Source: Eubacteriales bacterium (GTDB taxonomy: Bacteria > Bacillota > Clostridia > Oscillospirales > CAG-382). Taken from it: a stretch of DNA of 64,000 nt. The stretch's first letter is position 1. Each line of letters starts with the position of its first letter. Below the pieces are notes generated by a model. The model saw only the letters and a list, made by a program, of their open reading frames with translations, made no database searches and had not been told where the DNA came from. Of this stretch, positions 51,277 to 60,326 are shown piece after piece. Location of the stretch: positions 2,974-66,973 of the forward strand of contig JAZTXY010000086.1 in NCBI GenBank assembly GCA_045636665.1, read 5' to 3'. The translations under genes were made by a program, and so were the position numbers.

Positions 51277-53277
51277 TCAAGCGTTTTTCTTTATTTTCTT
51301 CAAAACAGTCGCACAGCGGTTGGGGAGATAACACATAAAGCCTATTCTGCCGTCAAGCTGTCTTTCGGCGGTATATTCATATTCGGTATCGACTCTGTTA
51401 AATCCGCCGAAGGCAACGTCGTCGGTCGTAAGCGCTACCCTGTAAACGCCTTCCTCCTCAACGGGCACAAAGTAACCGGTAAAGGATTTTTCGGGGTGGA
51501 AGTTAAAGGCGAAAACGTGGTCCTTTTCGGTATAAATTACCACCTTGTCGTTTTGACCTATCCATTGATTTTTGGGTGTCTTGGTCATAAGACGGCCGCT
51601 CTTTAAAAGCTTAAGCATTGCCTTGTCAAACCTATCAAGGTATTGATATTTAAGCATACCGTCATCGGCAAGACTCCACTGTCTGCGGCAGTAATGATAG
51701 CTCCAGCCGTTGCCCTCCCGCGGGAAATCGATCCATTCGGGATGCCCGAATTCGTTGCCCATAAAGTTCAAATATCCCTCGCCGACGGTCGACGCGGTAA
51801 TAAGGCGAAGCATTTTGTGAAGCGCAATGCCGCGATCGATAATATCGCTTCTGCTGCCGACGTTCATAAACCAATACATATCGGCATCGCAAAGACGGAA
51901 TATTATCGTTTTGTCGCCGACCAACGCTTGGTCGTGCGATTCGCAATATCCGATAGCCTTTTCGCCGATTCGGCGCGAGGTAAGCTCGTGCCAAAGCATA
52001 AACATATCCCAATCCTGATCGCGGTATTCCTTGATAAGCTTTATCCAAAGGTCGGGAATACCCATCGAAAGACGGTAATCAAACCCAATACCGCCGTCCT
52101 TTATCGGAATGCACATACCCGGCATACCCGACATATCCTCGGCAACCGTTATCGCGTTTTTATTAAGCGAGTGTATAAGCTCGTTTGCAAGCTGAAGATA
52201 GGTTACCGCCTCGGTATCGGTGTTCATCGAAAAATACATGCCGTAATTCGTGAAAGCACTTCCCAATCCGTGATCGTGATAAAGCATCGAGGTCACTCCG
52301 TCGAAGCGGAAGCCGTCAAAATGGAAAATTTCCATCCAATATTTAAGGTTTGAAAGCAGAAAATGCAAAACCTCGTTTTTGTCATAGTTAAAAAGCCTTG
52401 TATCCCACGCCTTGTGGTATCCGCGCTCACCCTCGTGGAAATACTGATAATGAGTGCCGTCGAAGTAATTAAGTCCGTCACCGCCGTTTTTGACAGCGTG
52501 GGAATGAACTACGTCCAAAAGCACCGTAATGCCCATATTATGCGCGGTGTTGATGAGCCTTTTAAGTCCGCTTGCGTGTCCGAAGCGTGAGCTTACCGCA
52601 AAAAAGTTCGAAACCTGATAACCGAACGAGCCGTAATAGGGATGCTCCATTATCGCCATTATCTGAATGGTGTTGTAGCCCGATTTTTTTATGCGCGGAA
52701 GAATATTTTCTCTAAACTCGTCAAACGTGCCGACCTTGCCTTCCTCCTGCGCCATACCGATATGGCATTCATAAATAAAGGGCGTTTTTTGCGGTTTGAA
52801 ATCTTCATCCGTCCATTCGAAGCCGTCGAAAAGAATATCGTCGACCTCGGCACAGAAATTATATGTAACGGGGTCTTGAACAACGCGCGTCGCATAGGCA
52901 GGAACGCGTCGCATAAATTCCTCGCCCCTTATGACGATGCATTGCACCTTTTGTCCGACCTTAAGCGTGTCCTTGCCGTCAAGATATATTTCAAAAACTC
53001 CGTTTTCAATGCGCGTCATCGGGTATGCCTTGCAATCCCAATTTGCAAAATCCCCCGTGAAATAAAGCTCGTCAGCGCCGGGCGCCCATTCACGGTACAC
53101 CCATCCGTTTTCCGTCGGATGTATGCCGAAATACTCATAACCGTTCGCAAAATCGGTCAAATCGGTATCTCCGCCGACAAGCTCGGCTCTTTTTGTGAGG
53201 TATGAATCATAGCGTGCCAAAAGGTCTTTTTCAAACGGTGCAAGATATGGATCTTTTTTGATAATTCCGAGTGCCAT
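51277..53277 (-). CDS. glgB: 1,4-alpha-glucan branching enzyme (GH13)
   Basis: GH13 motifs DVVHSH, GFRFDGVTSM, ITVAEDMSG, YCESHDQ; 666 aa. Confidence 0.85.
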   Translation of the reverse strand: MALGIIKKDPYLAPFEKDLLARYDSYLTKRAELVGGDTDLTDFANGYEYFGIHPTENGWVYREWAPGADELYFTGDFANWDCKAYPMTRIENGVFEIYLDGKDTLKVGQKVQCIVIRGEEFMRRVPAYATRVVQDPVTYNFCAEVDDILFDGFEWTDEDFKPQKTPFIYECHIGMAQEEGKVGTFDEFRENILPRIKKSGYNTIQIMAIMEHPYYGSFGYQVSNFFAVSSRFGHASGLKRLINTAHNMGITVLLDVVHSHAVKNGGDGLNYFDGTHYQYFHEGERGYHKAWDTRLFNYDKNEVLHFLLSNLKYWMEIFHFDGFRFDGVTSMLYHDHGLGSAFTNYGMYFSMNTDTEAVTYLQLANELIHSLNKNAITVAEDMSGMPGMCIPIKDGGIGFDYRLSMGIPDLWIKLIKEYRDQDWDMFMLWHELTSRRIGEKAIGYCESHDQALVGDKTIIFRLCDADMYWFMNVGSRSDIIDRGIALHKMLRLITASTVGEGYLNFMGNEFGHPEWIDFPREGNGWSYHYCRRQWSLADDGMLKYQYLDRFDKAMLKLLKSGRLMTKTPKNQWIGQNDKVVIYTEKDHVFAFNFHPEKSFTGYFVPVEEEGVYRVALTTDDVAFGGFNRVDTEYEYTAERQLDGRIGFMCYLPNRCATVLKKIKKNA

Positions 53278-53306
53278 AACAAAACCTCACTTGTTTATTT
53301 GCTTTT

Positions 53307-53335
53307 ATTATATAACACTTTTTTTAATTAATCAA
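53307..53335 (-). promoter_or_regulatory. SigA-type promoter for glgB
   Basis: On the minus strand: TTGATT, 17-nt spacer, TATAAT (plus-strand aatcaa 53330-53335 and attata 53307-53312). Confidence 0.55.
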
Positions 53336-53339
53336 GGGG

Positions 53340-53368
53340 TTGAAAAAGCGTTTATGAAATGGTACAAT
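53340..53368 (+). promoter_or_regulatory. SigA-type promoter (extended -10) for trmL, divergent from the glgB promoter
   Basis: TTGAAA (53340-53345), 17-nt spacer, TGgTACAAT (53360-53368). Confidence 0.5.
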
Positions 53369-53406
53369 AACAAAAACAAATAAGAACGTCTTTTGGTGAT
53401 GAAATT

Positions 53407-53904
53407 ATGATACATATCGTGCTTTACGAACCCGAAATACCGCAAAACACAGGCAACATATCGCGCACCTGCGCGGTAACGGGCTGTCATTTGCACCTTA
53501 TCGAGCCGCTTGGGTTCGAGCTGAGCGAGCGCACCATTCGTCGCGCAGGGCTTGATTATTGGCAGTATTTAACCGTTACTACCTATAAAAATTGGGACGA
53601 ATTTATTTCGAAAAACGAATCGGGCGAATTTTATTTCTGTTCGACCAAAGGGCAAAAATGCCATTCCGAGGTTGAATATCCCAACGATAAGGATATCTAT
53701 CTCGTTTTCGGCAAGGAATCCCACGGTTTGCCCGAGCCGTTGTTAGATAAAAATTACGAGCGTTGCATCCGTATCCCGATGCTCGGCTTTGTAAGGTCGC
53801 TAAACCTCTCAAACGCCGTCGCCGTCGTTGCCTACGAGGTGCTTCGTCAATTAAATTACCCCAGCCTTTCGGACGAAGGACATTTAACGGGAAGACCCGA
53901 TTAG
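53407..53904 (+). CDS. trmL: tRNA (cytidine/uridine-2'-O-)-methyltransferase TrmL (SpoU family)
   Basis: IHIVLYEPEIPQNTGNISRTC, LVFGKESHGLPE, SLNLSNAVAVVAYE. Confidence 0.8.
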   Translation: MIHIVLYEPEIPQNTGNISRTCAVTGCHLHLIEPLGFELSERTIRRAGLDYWQYLTVTTYKNWDEFISKNESGEFYFCSTKGQKCHSEVEYPNDKDIYLVFGKESHGLPEPLLDKNYERCIRIPMLGFVRSLNLSNAVAVVAYEVLRQLNYPSLSDEGHLTGRPD

Positions 53905-53914
53905 GAGTAAAAGT

Positions 53915-54445
53915 ATGTTCAACTTTTTCAAACCGAAAAAATTCGACCCCCAAAGGATAATTAAATCAAAGGATGCAAACGCGCTTTGCAAGCTTTCTTG
54001 CGACGATTTTACCGAGCTTTCAATCGCGCTGACGTACGATTATTACTATGAAATGCCGTTTGAATCGCTTAATTCGCATCAAAAAACGCTGTTTTTGTGT
54101 ATGACTGTCGAGGCATCTTGTCAAGCAGACGGTATTTTGTCGTTGCTCGAGGACGAAAATGTCTTTTTCGCCCTGCCCGAGGCGGTAGACGAGTTCTTGA
54201 AAATTTCTTCCCCGATAACCGCAAAAGAGCTTGATAAATTTATCGACCTTATGCCCAAAGGCACCTTTGAAAACCGCGTTATGCCCGAATACGATTGGTT
54301 TTCCGAAAATGCCCAACGGGAAGAGGCGGCAGAAAATATCGAAACGGCGATTTCCGATTATCCCGACGGACTCACGGGAGAACTGCTTTGGAAATATTTC
54401 GTGTCGGACATAACCCGCGCAAAATCGCTTCTGGACGTAATGTAA
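53915..54445 (+). CDS. Hypothetical cytoplasmic protein
   Basis: 176-aa ORF 10 nt after trmL, with a terminator downstream. No motif recognised with confidence. Confidence 0.4.
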   Translation: MFNFFKPKKFDPQRIIKSKDANALCKLSCDDFTELSIALTYDYYYEMPFESLNSHQKTLFLCMTVEASCQADGILSLLEDENVFFALPEAVDEFLKISSPITAKELDKFIDLMPKGTFENRVMPEYDWFSENAQREEAAENIETAISDYPDGLTGELLWKYFVSDITRAKSLLDVM

Positions 54446-54460
54446 TACCAAACAAAAACA

Positions 54461-54491
54461 AAAAGCAAGGATGAAATTCCTTGCTTTTTTT
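54461..54491. terminator. Bidirectional intrinsic terminator
   Basis: 11-bp stem aaaagcaagga / tccttgctttt with loop tgaaat, an A-run upstream and a T-run downstream. Confidence 0.7.
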
Positions 54492-54503
54492 ATTGGAGAT
54501 GGT

Positions 54504-55283
54504 TTAATCTTCTTTTTCGGTAATAACCAATTCAATTCCAAGCTCGTCAAACTGAACCAAGTCCTCTTCAAGTGCATCCCAATCGGTTATTATTGTACTA
54601 AGTCGGTTTGCAGGACAAATGCTTATAATAGAATCAATGCCTATTTTTTCGGTGGGATATAGTCCTATTGCCTTTCTGGAACTGTCAATGACCGCGTTCC
54701 AAAAGCTTATCGCTTGGGATTTTTGTATTGATAGACCAAATTTGGCAGATATTGCCGCGGACGTCAAAAAGCATTTGTCAAAACGAAGCTTTTTGATTGT
54801 TTCGATTGCGAATGCATCGTAACAATTACCCTTATTATCCATTTCACCGCCGAGCAGAATTACGGAAACATTTTGCTTTTTTCGCAATTCTTCTGCGATA
54901 ATAATAGAATTTGTAACAACACGTATTTTTAAGTCTTCGGGTATATTTTGTGCCATCAAAAAGCCAACGGATGCAGAAGTGATAAATACCACGTCGTGAT
55001 CATTTATCATCGAAACCGCTTTTTTTGCAATCGTCAGATAATTAAGCTTAACTTCCGTAAAATCCTTGCAGGTAACGTTCGAGGGCTTCCCTGAGCCAAT
55101 TTGACGAACGGCTATCGCGCCGCCGTGGGTACGTTTTAAAAGTCCTTTTTCTTCCAAAATTCTTAAATCGCGTTTTGCCGAGTCGTACCCGACGCAGAAT
55201 TTGCGCTGTATTTCGGAAGTGCTTATACTGCCCTTTGTTTCCAAAATTTCAAGTATTTTCTGATGTCGTTCTTCGATAAACAT
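54504..55283 (-). CDS. DeoR/GlpR-family transcriptional repressor
   Basis: N-terminal wHTH (RHQKILEILETKGSISTSEIQRKFCVGYDSAKRDLRILEEKGLLKRTHGGA) plus a DeoR C-terminal sensor domain. Confidence 0.85.
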   Translation of the reverse strand: MFIEERHQKILEILETKGSISTSEIQRKFCVGYDSAKRDLRILEEKGLLKRTHGGAIAVRQIGSGKPSNVTCKDFTEVKLNYLTIAKKAVSMINDHDVVFITSASVGFLMAQNIPEDLKIRVVTNSIIIAEELRKKQNVSVILLGGEMDNKGNCYDAFAIETIKKLRFDKCFLTSAAISAKFGLSIQKSQAISFWNAVIDSSRKAIGLYPTEKIGIDSIISICPANRLSTIITDWDALEEDLVQFDELGIELVITEKED

Positions 55284-55357
55284 ACTAGGTTTCCTTTCAT
55301 ATTAGTCAAAACGGTTTCGTGTCGACCCGTTCCCGTTCCCGCCCATATGATAACACT

Positions 55358-55392
55358 TTTGTTCACGTTTGTCAAGTGCAATCGTGAACAAA
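55358..55392. repeat. 10-bp inverted repeat (tttgttcacg / cgtgaacaaa, 15-nt spacer) between cdd and the DeoR gene. It could be a terminator hairpin or an operator.
   Basis: Read directly from the sequence. No U-tract on either strand. Confidence 0.3.
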
Positions 55393-55452
55393 CAGGAACT
55401 TGTTTTAACGAATGTTAACGGTTTTGTTGCGAAGTAACCTTTCTTATATTTA

Positions 55453-55866
55453 TTATTCACACATAACCGGTTCCCAAGCGAAGGGCAAGAGGTCGCGGGC
55501 AGTGACTTTAATCAGCTTTCCGTTTTCGTCGTTGACGATAACCTTTATGTCGGGGCAATATTCAAACATCATCTGTCTGCAGTTGCCGCAAGGCGGAATA
55601 ACAGAATTAAGGTGTTTATCGTGTACGGCGACAATGGTGTCAAACTCTCTTTCGCCTGCGGATATGGCGATGCCTATAGTTATGTATTCCGCACAGGAGC
55701 CGTGAATACCGTCGCAATTCCCACCCTTATAAATGTTGCCGTTTTTGCAAAGCAAAGCGCAACCGACCGTGTGGTTGTAAACCCCGTCATCAAAGTTTTG
55801 TTTTAAAACCTCTAAGCCAATTTCGATAAGCCTTTTGTCGGTTTCGGTTATTTCGTATCTTGTCAT
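55453..55866 (-). CDS. cdd: Cytidine deaminase-like zinc deaminase (short homotetrameric type)
   Basis: Zinc-ligand motifs HGSCAEYITIG and PPCGNCRQMMFE; 137 aa. Confidence 0.65.
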   Translation of the reverse strand: MTRYEITETDKRLIEIGLEVLKQNFDDGVYNHTVGCALLCKNGNIYKGGNCDGIHGSCAEYITIGIAISAGEREFDTIVAVHDKHLNSVIPPCGNCRQMMFEYCPDIKVIVNDENGKLIKVTARDLLPFAWEPVMCE

Positions 55867-56645
55867 TATTTTTCACCTATATTTTCATTATAAAACCAAT
55901 TCTCTAAAAGCATATCCTTTAGAGATGTGAATTTACATTCGCACAACCGCTCGCAAAGGCGCAAGACCTCGTCATTTTCATAATTTTTAACTTCATATCT
56001 TTTGATTCCGCCGTGTAAACGGAATAAAAACACTATCTTTCCATCGACAAAATACTCGTTCCAATATTCGAGCTTTAGCGTTTTTGTAATAAAATCCTCC
56101 CAAATCAATGCTTTGTCCTTCGGAAACATCACCGTATAGTTATCTCCGTCGCGCTCCACATCAATTCCATACTTTGTCAAACTCAAAACCGACTCGTCGA
56201 TTCCCATAACATAGGAATAACACGGCTTTGTATCTTCCTTTGCAAACTCATACAAATACGGCTGTATTTGGGGATAGGTCAACTCATCGGGAATAGTATC
56301 GAACAAAGCGATTTCTTTAATTTCGCTATCGATAGGTATATCGCCAAGCTCGGTTACTTTTGCAAAGAAAAGCATTCCGTATGTCTTTTCACAGTCTTTC
56401 TCGACACAATAAACGGTAAGCGGAATAATATTAAACTCTTTTGCACCCGTTTCTTCGATCAATTCACGCTCTGCGGTTTCTTCGATCGCTTCATTAATTT
56501 CGCGATGACCGCCGGGTATTTCCCAGGTGGTTCTTCGCTTATGTTTGCAGAATATCCATTTGTGACCGTATTTTGCGCATATAACCGCGAATTTCAACAT
56601 CTCGTCAGATATTTCTTTTACGTTCGGAAACGATACAGTAAGCAT
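55866..56645 (-). CDS. NUDIX hydrolase with an additional C-terminal domain
   Basis: Nudix box GGHREINEAIEETAERELIEETG. Confidence 0.75.
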   Translation of the reverse strand: MLTVSFPNVKEISDEMLKFAVICAKYGHKWIFCKHKRRTTWEIPGGHREINEAIEETAERELIEETGAKEFNIIPLTVYCVEKDCEKTYGMLFFAKVTELGDIPIDSEIKEIALFDTIPDELTYPQIQPYLYEFAKEDTKPCYSYVMGIDESVLSLTKYGIDVERDGDNYTVMFPKDKALIWEDFITKTLKLEYWNEYFVDGKIVFLFRLHGGIKRYEVKNYENDEVLRLCERLCECKFTSLKDMLLENWFYNENIGEK

Positions 56646-56647
56646 TT

Positions 56648-57700
56648 TTATTCCTCAAATTCTATTTTTTTCAAATCGCTCCAAAGCGTTTCCGCCTCGG
56701 CGGCAATCGCTTTTTTGTTTTTCGCACCGATAGGTTCGAAAATCGAAATCGTCAGCTTGGAGTTTTTCTTTTTCCATTTCCCGACGACCTTGCCGTCGAG
56801 CAAAATTGCCGGCATAACTATGCCTGCAAGGTTGAAAATCTTACGCAAATGCTCTTGCGGAAGATAAAGACTTTCCTTTTTTTGATATCCAAGCATTAAT
56901 TGGTCGAAGCCCGCAAGGAAAATGCATTTAGGAATATTGTTATCGTAGGTCTTGGCGTTTTCAATGTAAAAATATGTTTTTCCATCTATGGTTGTGCTTT
57001 CAATCGGCAAAAGCGAAATCCATTTTTTGACATCCGATTGCTTTGCACCGAGGAAATACATAGCGTCGTGTATTGTTGCAGGAGCGATATTTGTAAAATA
57101 ACGGCGGGCAATTTCAAGCTGTGCGTCTTCGTCTTTCATCGGCACAAACTCGGGGGAGATGCAATACGCCTTTTTCTCCTGAACGACGTAATTCATAAAT
57201 CCGCGTTTGCAAAGCTCGCAAATTCCGCCTCCCCAAGGATCGAAAACGCAGCTTTCCTCAGCGTGAGACATACCTTGCTCTCGGCAAATATTTTTAAGCT
57301 CGTCGCGCGTTTTTTCGCCGCTTTTCAAAGATTTAAGAATGACCTCTGACAGATATTTTTGACGTTCGGGCGAGAGTGCCCATTTGTCGCGTTGATTCCA
57401 AAAGGTATATCCGTTCCATTCGTTTCTTCGGTAATCGTTCCCGTTGTTACAACGTATGAAAAGCGGGAGATCCTTTTCCGAAAAAACGTGAACAGTGCTA
57501 CGCACAGTCCAATTTTTAACAAGACCGTCCTTAACGGTTGTCTCATCAAAATCATAACATCGTATTTTAAGCGAATGCATCGCGTTGCTCAGAAACTGCG
57601 ATTGCACACCGCAAAGGTCGCGCACGACGGTTTCTTTATCGCCCTTTTGTATCAAATATTGATTTGTTAATTGCCGTATTTTTATTTCTTCAATCGTCAT
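56648..57700 (-). CDS. Winged-helix DNA-binding domain protein (DUF1006/YcaQ-like)
   Basis: About 350 aa with general YcaQ-like organisation. ATG at 57700 follows ggag. The ORF-track extension to 57808 has no RBS. Confidence 0.5.
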   Translation of the reverse strand: MTIEEIKIRQLTNQYLIQKGDKETVVRDLCGVQSQFLSNAMHSLKIRCYDFDETTVKDGLVKNWTVRSTVHVFSEKDLPLFIRCNNGNDYRRNEWNGYTFWNQRDKWALSPERQKYLSEVILKSLKSGEKTRDELKNICREQGMSHAEESCVFDPWGGGICELCKRGFMNYVVQEKKAYCISPEFVPMKDEDAQLEIARRYFTNIAPATIHDAMYFLGAKQSDVKKWISLLPIESTTIDGKTYFYIENAKTYDNNIPKCIFLAGFDQLMLGYQKKESLYLPQEHLRKIFNLAGIVMPAILLDGKVVGKWKKKNSKLTISIFEPIGAKNKKAIAAEAETLWSDLKKIEFEE

Positions 57701-57789
57701 AAGCAGACTCCGATAAAATATACGTTTAATTATACAACGCGAACAAACGTTTGTCAATGCGGAATGTTTTAAAAACGCCAAATCCACTA

Positions 57790-57818
57790 TTGACAAATTC
57801 AAAATCAAGTGTTATAGT
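57790..57818 (+). promoter_or_regulatory. SigA-type promoter (extended -10) for the YtrA-like operon
   Basis: TTGACA (57790-57795), 17-nt spacer, TGtTATAGT (57810-57818). Confidence 0.6.
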
Positions 57819-57827
57819 ACAGACAGA

Positions 57828-57850
57828 ACAGATAATACAGATAATACAGA
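57828..57850 (+). repeat. Tandem ACAGATAAT repeats (2.5 copies) between the promoter and RBS of the GntR gene (candidate operator)
   Basis: acagataat at 57828-57836 and 57837-57845, then acaga. Additional ACAGA units lie just upstream. Confidence 0.35.
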
Positions 57851-57866
57851 TGAGAGGAGAGGGAAA

Positions 57867-58229
57867 ATGCCGAAAGGGTTGTTTGGAAAGCGCGACGTTT
57901 ATATTGAAGTTGCGGAAAAATACGAAAACTACATCCGTTTGGGCGTATTGCGCGACGGCGACAAGCTGCCGAGCGTTCGCACCGCGGCGGCAGAGCTTGG
58001 CGTTAACCCCAACACGGTGCAAAAGGCGTACGTTCTTCTCGAAGAGAAGGGCTTGATTTGTTCATTGCCCAAAAAAGGCGCGTTTGTAACCTTTTCGGGC
58101 AATGCTTCGGGCAATATTTCCGATACGCGCAGGGCAAACGCGGTAAAGACTGTGCACGAGCTTAAGGAGCAGGGCATTACCCTTGACGAGCTAAACGAAA
58201 TAATCAGGGAGGTATTTACGAATGATTGA
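57867..58229 (+). CDS. GntR-family (YtrA-subfamily) transcriptional regulator
   Basis: LPSVRTAAAELGVNPNTVQKAYVLLEEKGLI wHTH. Short (120 aa) and followed by ABC genes. Confidence 0.85.
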   Translation: MPKGLFGKRDVYIEVAEKYENYIRLGVLRDGDKLPSVRTAAAELGVNPNTVQKAYVLLEEKGLICSLPKKGAFVTFSGNASGNISDTRRANAVKTVHELKEQGITLDELNEIIREVFTND

Positions 58230-59100
58230 AATCAAAGGTCTTTCGCATTCTTTTGACAAAAAGTGCGTTTTGAAAGATATAAACCTTTCGGTCCCCGATG
58301 GCACGATTTTGGGCGTTGTCGGAATCAACGGCGCAGGCAAATCGACGTTTTTGCGTTTGCTTTCGGGTGTTTACGAAACCGAAAATACGGTGCTTTATGA
58401 CGGCAAAAGCCCTATGAGTGCAGAAACGAGGAAGGATATATTCTTCCTGCCTGACGATCCTTTTTACACGGGCGCACCGACCCCGAAAAAGCTTTTTGAG
58501 TTTTACCGTACCTTCTATCCCGAAATTGATATTTCCGTATTTGATTCGTTTCTTTCCGAATATAAGATCGACAAAAGGAAGAGTCTCCGCACCTTTTCAA
58601 AGGGCATGCGCAGACAGGTTTTTATTGCGGTCGCGCTTGCGGTGAAGCCGAAATATATGCTGCTTGACGAAACGTTTGACGGACTTGATCCGCTTTCGCG
58701 CAAGCTGTTCAAGGATGCGATAATCAAGCTTGTCGAGGAAGAAAACGCAACCGTTATCATCACAAGTCATTCGCTTCGTGAGCTTGAGGATTTTTGCGAC
58801 AAGTTTGTGCTTATCGATAACACTCAAATTAAAAGCGAGGGCGATATTGCCGACCACGTATCGCGGCTTTGCAAGTTTAATCTTGCGTTTATCTCGGATA
58901 TTTCAAGGGAAGCTTTTGACGGAATGCCGATAGTTTCGCTTGACATCAAGGGGCGTTTCGCTACGGCGGTGTTCGAGGGCGATGCCGATGAAATACGCGC
59001 GCGTCTTGAAACGCTTTCGCCTGCGGTCATCGACGAAATGCCGCTTGATTTTGAAGAAGCGTTTATTCACGACGTATTATCGGGAAGGGGGAAGAAATGA
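58222..59100 (+). CDS. ABC transporter ATP-binding protein
   Basis: Walker A GINGAGKST, signature-like FSKGMRRQ, Walker B MLLDETFDGLD. Overlaps its neighbours. Confidence 0.88.
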   Translation: MIEIKGLSHSFDKKCVLKDINLSVPDGTILGVVGINGAGKSTFLRLLSGVYETENTVLYDGKSPMSAETRKDIFFLPDDPFYTGAPTPKKLFEFYRTFYPEIDISVFDSFLSEYKIDKRKSLRTFSKGMRRQVFIAVALAVKPKYMLLDETFDGLDPLSRKLFKDAIIKLVEEENATVIITSHSLRELEDFCDKFVLIDNTQIKSEGDIADHVSRLCKFNLAFISDISREAFDGMPIVSLDIKGRFATAVFEGDADEIRARLETLSPAVIDEMPLDFEEAFIHDVLSGRGKK

Positions 59101-60209
59101 TGAAAAACAGCTTTGGCGGATATTTTAAAAGACTTTTAAAAGCAAATCTGCGCACGGTAATTCCCATCGCCATACTGGCGATGCTGATATTTATCCCCAT
59201 AACCTCAAGCTGGCAGAATCATCTGTTCTTTAAATATACCGAAAACGATCTCGGAACAATACAAAAATATTACTACGGAAGCACGCACGTCGATGCAATG
59301 CCCGAAAACGCAATCGAAGGCTTTGAGACCAATTTCAGTACTGCGGTCGCTGTGCTGATTTGTCTTTGCTGGGTTATGCCGATGGTAAGCTTTTATGCTT
59401 TCAAAAATCGGCGCAATATCGACATTTTTAATTCGCTTCCGTTAAGCCGAAGAAAAATTGCGCTTGCTCATTATTTGTCGGGACTTCTTACGGTGCTGAT
59501 TCCTGCCGCGCTTGCTTTTTTCGCCGAGGTTTTCGTTATAATCGGATATGGCGCGATTTCGCTTATCAATCTCGGGTGGCTTGCGTTTTACTTTGTCGCC
59601 TTAATGGTTATGGGTTGGCTTTACTATTCAATGAACGTTTTCGTTTTCAACGAGGCTAACCATATCTTCGACGGTACGGCGTTTATTATCGGTTGGAATC
59701 TTGTGTTCGCTTTCATATATTATTTTGCGAATCTTCCCGATCTTTTCGAGGACCTTTCTCTGCCGTGGGTTTATATTATGGATATCCTTGCGCGGATCGA
59801 GGGCGTTATCGAAACCACGACGTATCCTCTTGATTTTATCTTCAAATTTGAAACCACGGTTGCAATAACACTTTTCTGGATTGTGCTCGGATTGCTCTCG
59901 GTAGCGCTGTTCTTTTGGCGATGCAATAAAAAGAAAAGCGAACACGCAGGAGGCGTTTCGGATTCGATTTTTGGATACAGATTGCTCATTCCGCTTTATA
60001 TCTTTCCTCAAATCCTATACAGCCATATCGGATACAGCTATGTAGATATCACGGTCGTTGCGGTGTGGTTTGCACTGGCGTTTGCGGGCTATTCGGTCTG
60101 CCGACAAAGCTTTAAATTTAAGAGTTCCGATTATTGGACGATAGGTTGTATGGCATTTGTGACGGTAATTATAGCGATTACGAATTTTTTGCGGGAGCTG
60201 CATCATTAA
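59097..60209 (+). CDS. ABC-2-type polytopic membrane permease-like protein
   Basis: 370 aa with many TM helices. ATGA overlap with the ATPase gene. Confidence 0.6.
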   Translation: MMKNSFGGYFKRLLKANLRTVIPIAILAMLIFIPITSSWQNHLFFKYTENDLGTIQKYYYGSTHVDAMPENAIEGFETNFSTAVAVLICLCWVMPMVSFYAFKNRRNIDIFNSLPLSRRKIALAHYLSGLLTVLIPAALAFFAEVFVIIGYGAISLINLGWLAFYFVALMVMGWLYYSMNVFVFNEANHIFDGTAFIIGWNLVFAFIYYFANLPDLFEDLSLPWVYIMDILARIEGVIETTTYPLDFIFKFETTVAITLFWIVLGLLSVALFFWRCNKKKSEHAGGVSDSIFGYRLLIPLYIFPQILYSHIGYSYVDITVVAVWFALAFAGYSVCRQSFKFKSSDYWTIGCMAFVTVIIAITNFLRELHH

Positions 60210-60216
60210 AAAAGCT

Positions 60217-60249
60217 AAAAGCCCTTCCTTTTCGGGAAGGGCTTTTTTA
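60217..60249 (+). terminator. Intrinsic terminator of the YtrA-like operon
   Basis: Stem aaaagcccttcc / ggaagggctttt with loop ttttcg, then a T-run. Confidence 0.75.
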
Positions 60250-60262
60250 TCGCAAAACACTA

Positions 60263-60291
60263 TTTACTTTTGTTTATTAATGTGATATAAT
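60263..60291 (+). promoter_or_regulatory. Candidate SigA promoter (extended -10) for the metallophosphoesterase gene
   Basis: TTTACT (60263-60268), 17-nt spacer, TGaTATAAT (60283-60291). Confidence 0.45.
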
Positions 60292-60326
60292 TCGTGTGAA
60301 AAAAGATAGTTCAAGGAGGCATTTCC

